A stretch of 64,000 nucleotides of DNA. Source: Tubiluchus corallicola. Taxonomy: Eukaryota; Animalia; Priapulida. The translations under genes and the position numbers were made by a program. A model generated the notes under the pieces. That model made no database searches and was not told the origin of the DNA. It worked only from the letters and a program-made list of their open reading frames with translations. This document shows positions 48,866-61,460 of the stretch, piece after piece (within the stretch, counting starts at the first letter, position 1; each line of letters opens with the position of its first letter). Location of the stretch: positions 253,017-317,016 of the forward strand of contig JAQGDQ010000101.1 in assembly GCA_030141605.1 (NCBI GenBank), in the 5' to 3' direction.

Positions 48866-50425
48866 TGTTATGAATAAATTTCGGAATCATGAATTAAGTG
48901 ATTAATTAATGGAGTTATCAACTTCATTAGATTATGTTGATAAAGAGACCTCCTAATTGGAATAGATAAATTTATTAATAGAATATGGGAACTCACTTAG
49001 CTGATAAAGCATATATTTAATATAAGGCAAGAAATTATCGTCACAAGAGTTTGTGTTTACAAGTAATAGAACAGGTGTTCATTTAGAGAGTATAAGTTTG
49101 TCACAGGTGTTTGAGTTTAGAGGAAGCGAAGCTTAATTTTATAGCTGTGCATGGTTAGATAATAAACTCATGTAATATTATGCGGAGTTGCTGAACTAAT
49201 TGTGAAGGAACAGAAACTGGTTCTTTTCTTGAACGGAGTTTATTGCCCAAGCGAAGCGAAGAGAAATCTTGGGAAGTAAGATGCTGAATGGATGGAGAGT
49301 CAGATAGCGGTTTCCTCATGCAAGGAGTTGTGTTAGAAAAACACCTGGGTGGTTATAAAACTTACAAGCCCAGGGTGACCTTTGAGCTATTGCAACAATA
49401 CGGCGTTACCGCTATAGCGGACGCGGTTGCGGCAGATTGCAGCATTAGCACGCAATATGATGAAATCTTCGCATGGGTACATAAGATGAGATCTTGAGGA
49501 ACAGGAGAGGCGGCGAGAGTTGGAACTGAGTGGTTGTGGGTTAACCATGTGTCGAGAGAGAAGAGACTGAAGAAGCAAAGACAACGTAAGACCAGCGTGG
49601 ACATCAAATCTGCGTACTCAACTGTTGAGCACTGGATCTACGAATCAAGTCTTACAATGGATTTGGAATTGACCATTTGAACAGTCATCATTGGTCATTC
49701 CACCAAGTTAAGTTATCTTAACGTATCGTAACTTGAGAGCAACTCTGCATAGTAAATGCACAGTGTAATAGACACCTTAAGTGTAACTTGTAGTTGATTG
49801 TAATTGCATACTTCACATTGTAATTAGCACCTTAAGTGCGAAGCGAAGAAATAGTTAAGTGAATCTGATTAGTGTCTCTTGGAGCTAATTTTTAATTGTG
49901 AGCGTCTTTGGCGATTAAGATCAAATATTGTAATATTAGTTGACTAAGAGTAATTGTTGTAAACAATAAACGGATTTCGCTTTTACTTAAATGAATAGTT
50001 TGAGTATGCTTATAGGTGTTTCAGTTAAGCAACATTAAATTCTGTAAACGAATCTGAAGATTTGCTGTGTACATTAAGTAATTTACGAGTTCAATTGCGG
50101 GAACTTTTGCTAGTAAGCTTTAGAGATTAAGACTCTTTCACAGCGCGGAGTCGTAGAAACAGTCTTGTGACAAATTATCATTGCTCTATAGATTTTATCT
50201 TAAGCTCTAGTAGCCAGGTTGTGAATAACCTTATAGCAATTAGTGTAATAGAGGCAGATCACTTTTAAATGAGTCATGTGTCTTAGGTCACGTGTTATAC
50301 GATCACGAGCGAGAGATAAGGATCAATATTAATTAGAGAGATTAATATTACATGATAACGACAACGATAATTGGTACTAGTGACCATAGTATTAAAGACA
50401 CGGCCATATTTAATACTTTCACAAA
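48866..50425 (+). mobile_element. Probable solo LTR E1 (~1.56 kb)
   Basis: TGTTATGAA…TTCACAAA imperfect termini, TTTA duplication (48862-65, 50426-29), TATAAAA near 49354, AATAAA near 49965, no coding capacity. Confidence 0.65.
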
Positions 50426-51003
50426 TTTACAATGGTTATTACTTGTGTTGTTGTTGACTGTTCAACAGTCAGAAGAAAAATGTACAGCTATCATTGTACT
50501 GGTTTTCTGCAAACAAGAAGAGTCGGTAAATGTGGATTATTGCAATGAAATGGAAGGACTGGATACCGTCAGTGTACAGCAGATTGTGTAGTGCACACTT
50601 TGTTTCAGGTACGTTAGTAAACTAACTCATCATATCAAAATAATAATCGTTACTGACTGACTTTGTTGACCTACAAGAATGGTAGTTTTTCTAGAATGGA
50701 TCATAACTGGGCTGAAAATTCTAGACTGAAATGTAGCAAATGTGTTAATACTTTTAACCCTTAAAAGAGCCCTGTATTTATAGAGGCATGTTCCTGTATG
50801 CGTTGTTTATTTGTGTGATTTGTTAATCGTTTTTGTGTTTATGTTTGTAAAATAAAGCGTTTATTGTTATTATACTTTAAGGCTTTTATTTTATTTCAGT
50901 TGTTTTAAAGTTCCACTGACACCCTGACAGACACTTGCTGTCAAAATTCACTACTGACTAGCAAGATACAAAAAGTGGCTTTATTTCTTTATAAACTCGC
51001 TTT

Positions 51004-52460
51004 TGTGGTGAATAAATTTATAAATCGATGATTTGGTAATAAATCTCATGCCTCCCTGATTTTATAAAATGAATTTATTGATCGATGTAAGAACTCACCC
51101 AGCTGACAAGCCCGGATTTAATGAGATGTAAAAGCGCAAACATACCTGTGAAAAATGTGAGTTTTATCGTTCGCTTTAAGGCAACTAAGATGCTGGAAGC
51201 AGATAGGTATTGTTAGGTGAGGACAGGATTGTTTTTTATAGCTATATGCATAGTTACAAGTAATTAACAGAAACTCTGCGGTAGGTAAATGTTTGTTGAA
51301 AAGAGAATTGATAGTCTTTATCGGCGGTTGACCACGTCAAGGACAGGAAGTTCTGAAGATTTGCCGACTTACAGGATCGTTCCCACGAGCAAAGGAATTC
51401 GAGGACCACCCTTGCTGACCATAAATCGTTTGGAAGCGGATGTCCAGGGATGCCAAGGATGTCCAGGGAAGTCGCCTGTCGCCTGATTGCGTTTGGCGCG
51501 AATTTCGCAAGGTCAGCTCTTCGGGAATATAAGCTCTGAGCTTTAGGAACATGGCGCTCTTTCAACCAGACATTCAGAGGGAGAGACACGCCAGTGTGCG
51601 ACACGAAGTCACACACGTATCAGAGGAGAATCTGACAGGGAACTGAGACAGCTTCGTTCGATTCCAGCGTGGAAAGTTCTGCGTACTCAGCGATAGACTG
51701 GGCACTGGACAACGAGAGTCTCTTAATATCAACTGGAGTTGACCAAGTGTACAGGGTGCATTGTGGTCAATCCGCAGAGTTAAGTAATCTTAACGCATTT
51801 ACAACTGAGAGTAACTTTGCATAACTGTAGTTCACATGAGTTCACATAGTATCGTATTAAGAAGTTCACATTGTAATGTAATGAGCACCTTATGTGCAAT
51901 ATACGGAAAATTGTCAAGTGGAGTACATAAGAGTCTTTTGGGAGCTATACATTAATTGTAAGCGTCACAAGCGTATTAGGACGAATCTTGTAAAGCTACC
52001 TAGAGAGAGAGTAACTTTTGTAAACTAATAAAGCTAGTGCACTTTGACACATAACTATTGAGTTTATGTATGATATAAGTGTGTTCAGAGTTAAGCAACA
52101 CTAGATCCGTGATACGAATCTGACAGGTTCGCATTAATTAATAAAAGCTCAATTGCGGGAGCGACGCTCGAAAGCTTGAGGGAAGTAGACCTTCACTCAC
52201 AACGCAAAGGTCGAGGTGACAGTCTTGAGAGATAAATCATTGCTCGATAGACTCATATCTAAAGCCCTCGGAGCCAGGTGATGAAATCACCTTGTAGCGA
52301 ACAAATAATAAGCGAACCTCTTAAATTAAAATACAATCTATATAATATATAGATATAAGTCACTTTACACTATACGATCGGAAGAATAGATAACTGGTAC
52401 AGGAAACCAGGATTGTACTAAAAGAGAAAGTGATACTTTGGTTAGCATTGAAACACTTCA
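51004..52460 (+). mobile_element. Probable LTR E2, diverged relative of E1
   Basis: Starts TGTGGTGAATAAATTT like E1 and shares more than 10 colinear sequence blocks with it; the right boundary is approximate. Confidence 0.6.
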
Positions 52461-53511
52461 ACGTTAGCGCCGTAGTCACGTGACGTAAGGAACGACCTGC
52501 GCATGTGTGACTCTCGCTGTATTTACATGTGAGCAAACTGAGCATGTGAGTTTTAGCGTGACATCACTGGTATTTCGCGCTGGGTTGCTTTCTTGCTGTA
52601 GTTAATTTTCTGTTTTCTGATCATTTCTGCTTTATAAATGTCTCACTGCCAAGTTACCTTTTGTCTAGTTATACTGTCTGACACTTTGTGAGTTTCAAAA
52701 GTAAACGAAAACGGAGAACAACATTTTTTACTCGTTGAAAGAGCGCTTCATCTTAAGACACTTAGGAAAACCTTTGTGACATTTTTTCGAATGTGCAAAT
52801 GAAATTTCAGAGAGAAAAGCTGTAAATATTTAAGTCAAAAGTATACTCATAATCTACAGTTTGGCTGCTGATCGACGTGTGTATAAGTTTTGTGTAGTCA
52901 GGTACCTTTATTCTACGTGTAGCTGCACAGAGTTTTTTCGCAGGACAGATGGGCGATTCTATTTGTGGCAAAAGGAAAGGATGTTCTATCATATCTACGG
53001 TCGCGTTTTGTGCGACTTTTATTTTAATGTGACCTGTAAAAAATCGGGAGAAATATGTAAAAATGTGAAGAAAGGGAGGCTACCATTAGAAACGGGAGTT
53101 TCCGTTAAATTGGTAGGGTTGAAATGTCTTACTGCTAACCTAGACTAAATATAGTTTTCATGAAATTTCGTTACAAAAATTAATTATTACCTTATTGAGC
53201 ATCTAACCCAAAATGGTGGCTAGTAGCTTACTTGCAGCTTGATTTAATTCGCGGGAGTACAGGGCACACGTGTTGTTCATACAGTCTTCACACAGTTTAA
53301 GTAATGGTACAGTAACATCATACTGCTCTGTATACTGTGTTTGTTACTATAAATGTGTTGTTCCTTGCAGGTTTGTAAATTGGAGACTGATTCTTAGAAG
53401 ATTATTTGCTATGAACAGATAAAAAATATTGAAAGAAATGTTTTTGTTAATAGATAAATCATTACTCAGCAATAACCGCTCTGTTCATAGTCCTCTGCTT
53501 GCTGTGGCCGC

Positions 53512-54236
53512 CAGGTGTCTACTGTAATACCTCCCAGTAAGCTCTACCTGACGTGACGTCATATCATTTAGTGTCATGGCAGGCAGGTTGTCTACTGTAC
53601 TAGCTCTCAGTAAGCTCTACCTGACGTGACGTCATAGCATTGAGTGCCATGGCAGGCAGGTTGTCTACTGTACTACCTCTCAGTAAACTCTAACTGACGT
53701 GACGTCACATTGACTGTCATGGCAGGCAGGATGTCTACTGTACTAGCTCTCAGTAAGCTCTACCTGACATGACGTCATAGCATTGACTGTCATGGCAGGC
53801 AGGTTGTCTACTGTACTACCTCACAGTAAGCTCTACCTGACGCGACGTCATAGCATTGACTGTCATGGCAGGCAGGTTGTCTACTGTACTAGCTCTCAGT
53901 AAGCTCTACCTGACGTGACGTCATTGCATTGAGTGTCATGGCAGGCAGGTTGTCTACTGTACTAGCTCTCAGTAAGCTCTACCTGACACGACGTCATAGC
54001 ATTGAGTGTCATGGCGGGCAGGTTGTCTACTGTACTAGCTCTCAGTAAACTCTACCTGACGTGACATCATAGCATTAAATGTCATGCAGGCAGGTTGTCT
54101 ACTGTACTAGCTCTCAGTAAGCTCTACCTGACACGACGTCATAGCATTGACTGTCATGGCAGGCAGGTTGTCTACTGTACTAGCTCTCAGTAAACTCTAC
54201 CTGACGCGATGTCATAGCATTGAGTGTCATGGCGGG
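53512..54236. repeat. ~73-bp tandem repeat, about 10 copies
   Basis: Unit GGCAGGCAGGTTGTCTACTGTACTAGCTCTCAGTAAGCTCTACCTGACGTGACGTCATAGCATTGAGTGTCAT recurs at ~53578, 53651, 53721, 53794, 53867, 53940 and onward. Confidence 0.95.
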
Positions 54237-55565
54237 TAATATTTGATACAGGGTCAACAGCGCGCAATTTAAGTAACAATATCACATAAAAGTATTCATC
54301 AGAACTGTCTTAAAAGTTAAGAAATATGTAATTCCGCCTACGCTATAAAAGAAAATAACAAAAAATAGTGTCATAAGACCTTTAAATTAATTCAGTTAAG
54401 ACAAAAATTTTCTTTCTCCATCAACGTTAATTACAATTTGCAATGCTAGAAATATGCCAGTCTGTTTTGGTTATTTATTTTGTAGCAAAATAGTAGTAAC
54501 AGCAAAAAAATTGGCAATCATTTTGTGTATCTCTGACTTTAGTACACTAGTTTTCAATGTCAAAATCATGTTTAATGTTATATTCAAATGGTTGGCCCGC
54601 ATTACTATTAAACTACAATTTTAACTTTGTTTTAATTTGTTCTTTCACAGGCAAGAAGAAGAGTGACAATCCTCTTTCTCCAGATTATGCGCCCTCTGTT
54701 TTCTGCGACGTCAAATCACCAAAGAAACGACTCCAGGAGCAGAAATCAGAAACGTATGAAAACAGACAAAACAGGAAAAGAAAACGAGTTGAATAAGAAA
54801 AACGACATCAGACGGCCACAGATCATTTAGAACTTTCTCACATCAATAAAGTAAAAATTCAGCAAGAAACTGTATTGGCATCTACAAATGATACGATTTC
54901 CTCACCGGTATTACCACCATGTTTCTTTGCAAGGAAGCCAGACTGACACGCTAATGAACAAGAAAGCCGTCCAATTACATAAACCTTAAAAACATCGTCT
55001 TGAAATTTAATACCACTTACATGCTGCTTTTTACATACAGGACTTGCGGTTTTGCTGTTTAAATATATATATATATATATATATATATGAAACACAGGAG
55101 AAAGTGGCATAAACGTAAAAGTGGCATAAGTAAAAATGACACAGGACAAAAATGGCACATAAATGAAAACGGCGACTTACTAAAACTTAGTGTTATAGGG
55201 GATAATTTTTCAGTTAATATTTTTTAAGGAAGTTATGCTTCAACACAGTTTGTTGATTTGTTTGACTGTTTCTTTGGGTGTTGTCATGCATGACCGCTAG
55301 CTAACTGGCCGATATGCAGGGCCATTGATCACTATGAGATTTTGAACAGTATAGAAGACTATGCATTATATACAAGGTCATTCTATCTAGGCTAATGTTT
55401 GCCCACTTCATTCAGGTACCGAATTTTCTGTTGAACGGATGTCTATCCAGGCCGTTTTTACCTGGTCAACATACTTGGCACCTTTCTTCTGTTCGTCATA
55501 TGTTTGAGACACGTTTTGTCTATGAGTTTTATTTTGGCCTTAATGGCAAAATTTTGTTGATGTCC

Positions 55566-56376
55566 TGTGAGAGACAATAGTTAAATGCACAATGTTGTAT
55601 CGACAACCTTTACGTAGCACCAGCACGACTCAGGAGTAAAGTAATTGCCTTGTCATGCTTCTTCACTTAGATGAGCTCTCGTACAACCCACCTTGTGAGG
55701 AATTTGTGGTGGAGTGAGGGACATTGGTGGAGTGTTCACATAGTGGTGGAGTTCGCAGCATTCTGGCTACGCTATTCGGCGGTAGAGGAGACGTAGAGAT
55801 ACGACTACGATTCCAGATTAAACTACTTGTGGTGAGTCAGAACTCATGGATCGGCTACATGGTGGAGCATCCTCCTTATTCCAGTAGAGGATCGTGGATT
55901 TGGGTCTGTGAACCGCCCTTGTGTGCATCCTGGAAGAGCCGGCCATCGGGAACTACGTATAAACATGAGTAAACTCCTTGCTGCTTGTTAAATCTGGACC
56001 CAGTAGGTGTTATTTTCTCCTGTACGTACGATTGTTCTTTGCTTTGTTCTCGTTTAATAATATACTGTATGATTTGCACAACATCTAGGTGTTTAATAGT
56101 TCTATTTCAAAGTTTGTGAAAACCCTTTTACGATTAACAACTCAATGATTATATTTAGTAAAATAATCGAGTCCTATAGGAGAATTGCCCCAACATGAAC
56201 CCAAACGCTTGGTGATGAAATTAGTAGAAATGATTACCCTGACAGGTTAGTAATTTACGAGCTCTGTCTCTTTAGTGTTTCCTGTCTAGCCGTTCACACT
56301 GACGGAGAACATGTGACCCGAGCTTTAAATTTGAGACTTTGATGCTAAATTACCCTAGACGAGTTTTATTCTCACA
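55566..56376. mobile_element. Possible solo LTR (~810 bp)
   Basis: TGTGAGA…TCTCACA terminal inverted repeat around a higher-GC non-coding block; no TSD. Confidence 0.35.
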
Positions 56377-58159
56377 AACCGTCACAGTTGTATTGTGACT
56401 GACAAGGCAGTAAACCTGTTACGCAAATACTGCCTAATAGATTTCAGGAAAATTGTGGAGAAATCGGGTACAGGGTGGTAAAATAGGAATCTTTTACCCG
56501 GTTCTTTTTTTTGCAAGACTTCGTGAAGCACTTCGTGGAGGTCTCAGGGAGATATTTAGTACTTCTTTATTTATTATCTTCACTTTGACAAACAACTAAG
56601 AGTTAATCCCAGGCTCCATTTCCAGAGATTCTGGCTTGTAAAATTGCGTAAAGCTGTCTGTTTGATTATTACTGCGAATAGCCCTAGTGGTACGTAAGTA
56701 TCTATATATTTGTCAGTTTATCACCATGGCCAAAATTAATAGTTAAAAAGAGTAGATAAACACTATGTGGAATATTCGTGCATTACTGATTGTAAATCTA
56801 TTTAATGAACAAAATATTTTGTGGGTATTTTGCTAGTTTATATGAAACCATTACTGGTACATTTTTGTACGTTTGCTTGTTTATCTTTGTGTTACGTTTT
56901 TTTAATAAAAAAAATCAAATGAATAAGTTTAAGATTGTTCGGCTTTGAAGGAATGGTCTGTTTCCTACTGAATGCATTCTACATGTAGTTGCATTATATG
57001 AATTATATGCAGTGTACTTAAGTGAACTAAATTATATTTCTGAAGATATAATGAGTTCCACAAACAATGGAAAATTTTTATTTAGTTTAACAAGCGTTTA
57101 AACAATAATAGCAGCCAACCAGAATGTTCTAAGCTAAAAAGTTCTGAATTGTGTTAGAAAGCATTGTGCTCAATTCTGAAAATGGAAAACTGTAAGTCGT
57201 TTCTGACTGTACAGTTTTTTCTCCAGTAGTCGTACCTATGATGAGAAGGTTGCCCATATGTAGGGCGTGGAAAGAATAATGGACGACAGAAAACGCCATT
57301 TTTACGTAAAATTATCATGTTTTCTGTGGTTTCAAGTAATCGCCAGTATTTACGTGAATTACTTTGTGAATTCAACAATCTGTGTGAAACAGTCGAGCAA
57401 AATGTTCTGAACCGAAATGGGTCAAAATAATAAGAAATTAATATTATTAAATGAGGTTTGTATTTCATTACTGAGTTTCAGAAGTATGAGATGTGACAGT
57501 AAAGAACAGTGTGAACTAAAACTATACAAAATGGCTACATATTCATCCAACACGAGTCTACGAAATTATTTTATCACAAAATTAACGTTTGTGATTCATC
57601 CGCTATTAATTATTTAAATGAATACAAATTAGCGAAACAAATGTAAAAAAATCGCTTATTACTTTAGAATCCAACGCCCCACAAACGCTTGAGAACTGCT
57701 CCGTTATTTATTTTACATTGTACCAGATAAACAGAGTAAGCCATGTATCAGCACAACAAAGGCAAGGCTAATCCAACTACCTCATTAGCGAATGTATGGC
57801 CTAACTATCAACAATTAATGGCTAACCATTTTCAAGTATCTATAAACAGTGTTGTAAATGTAAGCAAATTTGACTGACAAACTTGGTGCAAGAGAAAGCT
57901 GTACTACTTTAGAAACCAGCTTAACTAAAACCACAACTAAAATGATCTGTGGATTCCAGTCATTACATTTAAATAACAGACAATGAACCAATATATTTCA
58001 CGCCAGCCAAAATAAAAAATATTTGGTCTTTATTTTTGCCTTTAATTTTACTTTTTTCAACGTTTCTGTAAAATTGGGTCTGATTTTTATGCATTTTCTT
58101 TGATAATTTGACAATTTGTTGAAATGTTTACAGTTTTCGAGAACTAGGTATTGTCACTT

Positions 58160-58895
58160 GCTGTACTGCCTGTTTACTCTTTCTTAAACCATTAACATGA
58201 AACAAAGGCCTTTTTCTAAAAAGCCTCGTGTAAAATGCGCTAAAATTTTCCCGCATTTCCCGCAATACTGCCTGTTTATCCTTTCTTAAACTATTAACAT
58301 GAAACAAAGGCTTTTTGTCTAGAAAACTTCGTGTAAAATGCGCTAAAATTTTCCCGCATTCTCCGCAATACTGCCTGCTTAACCTTTCTTAAACTATTAA
58401 CATGAAACAAAGGCTTTTTTTCTAGAAAACTTCGTGTAAAATGCGCTAAAATTTTCCCGCATTCTCCGCAATACTGCTTGTTTACACTTTCTTAAACTAT
58501 TAACATGAAACAAAGGCTTTTTTCAAGAAAACTTCGTGTAAAATGCGCTAAAATTTTCCCGCATTCTCCGTAATACTGCCTGCTTAACCTTTCTTAAACT
58601 ATTAACATGAAACAAAGGCTTTTTTCTAGAAAACTTCGTGTAAAATGCGCTAAAATTTTCCCGCATTCTCCGCAATACTGCCTGCTTAACCTTTCTTAAA
58701 CTATTAACATGAAACAAAGGCTTTTTTCTAGAAAGCCTCGTGTAAAATGCGCTGAAATTTCGCGCAAAAAATTTTCCCGCATTTCGCGCAATACTGCTTG
58801 TTTACCCTTTCTTAAACCGTTAACATGAAACAAAGGTTTTTTTCTAGAAAGCCTCGTGTAAAATGCGCTAAAATTTTCCCGCATTTCCCGCAATA
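58160..58895. repeat. ~102-bp tandem repeat, about 7 copies
   Basis: AATACTGC recurs at ~58264, 58366, 58470, 58572, 58674 and 58790. Confidence 0.93.
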
Positions 58896-59492
58896 CGAAT
58901 ACAACGTAATGAGTTCGGATATTGCGGAAGCAACTTTTGCGGTTGTGAAAACGTTCGCACAGAAAAATCTGTATGCGTGTATCTGTGTGAACACTGAATT
59001 TAATTTTGGAAAGTCGACTTTAATGCATTTTTTACGAAAAAGTATGAAGCAACAATAATCCTAATAGTTTCATACTTATAATAGACAGTTTATTGAGTAA
59101 CAACGTAAAGAGAACAAAAAAAGACATTGATCCTGTAACATAGGTTGCAACGACTCAAACATAGCGGGGACGATAATGCCAAAAAAAGACAATACTAACA
59201 AAAGCACAATGATAACGAAAACACAATATTAATGTGGACAATTTTGTGCACTTTCATTTTTTACTGACGGAGTAATATTTAATAAGCATTTCACTTGTCA
59301 CAGTAATAGTAATGCTAATTAATTTATTTTATCAATACATGAAGATGGTGAAACCTTAGCGCAATTTCCAATTGAAGCCAAGCTAAGATTTGCATAATTA
59401 GTAAAATAACGCAGCAATATCTTTTTTGTAGTGTAAATGTTTTTGTGTTATTTCCCTTCCCAGGTGAAGTGGTTCTCGCTCTAAAAGTCACA

Positions 59493-59706
59493 TTTGTTGC
59501 ACTAATAGCAGCGTGTAGTGATCATTCCAATGTTTATCACAAGAGGGAGCCACGTGTTCAGTTTCGTCATTATCGCGCATTCTCTCCAGTAGCCGAAGCC
59601 ATATTTGCTACACTGACTGCAGCGTGTAGTGACTTCGTGAATGTTTATCGCAAGAGGAGCCACGAATTCAGTTTCGTCATTTTCGCGCATTCTTGCGTGT
59701 AGCCAA
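59493..59706. repeat. Two imperfect tandem copies of a ~110-bp unit
   Basis: GCAGCGTGTAGTGA…TTCAGTTTCGTCATT..CGCGCATTC…GTAGCC occurs twice. Confidence 0.75.
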
Positions 59707-60159
59707 ATATGTCGTGAACTTTGTTAAAGTTCAACAAGGGAATATTATAATGTGCTTATACATTAGTCTATCCAATCGACACTACTTTTTCTTCGACAAA
59801 ATGTGAATGGTGAACTGATACTTGCTAGAATTATGAACTACTTTTTTCACGAGTTTGATACTTGACTTCTGCATTACTCGGTTGTTTGTTCATCAGATTT
59901 AATTACACTGATGTAATGAAAGATTTGTATATTTCTTTTCGAAGTTGGATATCATTTTGTGATTTGTTTTGAGTGAACTCTTACTGATTTCTCATGGAAA
60001 ATGAGATTCGTGACATGGAGGAACCATCCGGATGGATTATCTCCTCGGATTAAAAGTAAACAGTAAGTTGAATCAGCCATTTACCTTGCAGACTCCGACC
60101 TTGATTAATCTTATAAATTGACGTCTACAAGTGTAGTGGTTCACACGTGTATAACATGC

Positions 60160-60175
60160 TGCTGCCATCTAGTGC
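60160..60175 (-). promoter_or_regulatory. CTCF-like motif GCACTAGATGGCAGCA
   Basis: Close match to the CCACYAGRKGGCRS consensus; motif match only. Confidence 0.35.
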
Positions 60176-60415
60176 GAGTTTTGTAAAGCTACCGCTCGCT
60201 GACTTGCTACTTACCCTCTTATTTGCCTGCTTACTTTCAAATAATAGTTCTAGTTCTAGATTAACACCTGTAATTAAGATTTTGCTGTTTTTCATCCAGT
60301 TAATTATTTATTAAGATACAGCATAGCAAAATCTTAGTGTTTTTCTGTTACTTACGGCCCACAATAGTTGGCATGTGGTTAGGTGGGGCCAAATTGTTGG
60401 ACATGGAAGAATATG

Positions 60416-60550
60416 GGACGTTTGGAGTGGAAATTTTCCACTAGGAGGCAAAAACCGAAAAATCGATTTTGGGAACAGAAGTGCATCAAGTGTCTAGGAA
60501 TAGTTCCGTGTAGCATATCAAGTGAAAGGTCTCGAAGAGGCGAATCGAAT
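60416..60550 (+). repeat. Dispersed repeat, second copy at ~62706-62840
   Basis: GGACGTTTGGAGTGGAAATTTTC…CATATCAAGTGAAAGGTCTCGA is shared. Confidence 0.85.
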
Positions 60551-61112
60551 GGCTAGCATAGTACCATAATGAGATGATGAAAAGAAAATTTGAAAGCGAT
60601 AATGATGCATTTACATCCGATTCTACAACGACAACAACTCAACTACCTAATTCTAGTTGCAGAACAATATGGAATGGAAACATTTAATAAAAGAATATTT
60701 ATGAACGCTGGATTTAAAGAAGCATCGAGGATATTTAATTTTACGTGTGTTGTGTAGTAAAAAAAACAATTAAAAAGTGATTAAAAACAGACTGGCTAGC
60801 ACAGCCTAAATTTCCCGAATCGTTTTTGACCGACCTTAAATACCTAAACAGATCACCCGTATCTTCTATCGCAATCATACTCCTTCTCTATCATTATAAA
60901 CTGGGTAATAAAGTATTATGGCACGTTTTTGTAAAGGCAAGTAATAATATTCTGTTTCTGATACTTGTGATACTGTGAGTCATTAGGTGAGACTAACGTA
61001 TTTACAGTATCAGCTCTATTCAAACAGTATCTCATGTAAACATTAGTTTACAACTTTTAGACATTAACATTCTTGATTTAGTCTTCTCATATGAAAAAAG
61101 AGCATACAATAC

Positions 61113-61460
61113 CCATTTCTTTTCATTGTGTTGAAGTTCCAAGTCGTAAAATACAAGATTGTAGTTATCTCTCCCAAGATGCTGATTGAGGCTCTTTATT
61201 GGGCCCTCCCATTCTGTGTAATGTGATTTATCAAAAGCAGTAACAATCACAGGTCGACTTCTTGTTTCACCAAAAGATGGCTCTTTAGCTATCTCACTGC
61301 TCATGTACGTTTGCACTGTAGGAATGCTTTGTCTACTGGACGCAGTCCATCTTGAGGAAATATCTGGTAATCTTCTGTTATCTGGTAAACCAGGTTGTCT
61401 GGCTGACTTGAGCATTGATAATGGTACTGTGCCTTGGGGTTGTCGTGTACAGGAGACCAA
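61113..61460 (-). CDS. DUF1647-like (putative glycosyltransferase-type) exon, possibly a pseudogene
   Basis: PVIVTAFDKSHYTE…IKSL…LVFYDLEL resembles the VTA.S.NH..E…FYDLGL motif; GT donor at 61112. Downstream exons were not found. Confidence 0.6.

Larger units (their letters stand above)
50432..54796 (+). pseudogene. Spliced THAP gene relic of an ISL2EU/Harbinger-type transposon (exons 50432-50608 and 54651-54796)
   Basis: MVITCVVVDC…LSLYWF…WIIAMKWKDWIPSVYSRLCSAHFVS|GKKKSDNPLSPDYAPSVF, with a frameshift and a stop. Upstream motifs GTGACGTCA…GCGCCATATTGG at 48775-48822. Confidence 0.8.

Noticed and set aside
50050-50165. Hammerhead ribozyme in E1 (CTGAAGA…GAAAC)
   Set aside because: Neither core motif is conserved in the homologous E2 segment, and no compact stem II is evident.
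49033-50178. Inner element CGTCACAAGA…TCTTGTGACA flanked by a 6-bp AATTAT direct repeat
   Set aside because: Homology between E1 and E2 runs across the right boundary and upstream of the left one, so the larger 48866-50425 unit with TTTA duplication fits better. A nested origin is not fully excluded.
53512-54236. 73-bp, 102-bp (58160-58895) and 26-bp (10683-11252) arrays as CRISPR arrays
   Set aside because: The units are contiguous tandem copies with no unique spacers, there are no cas genes, and the context is eukaryotic.
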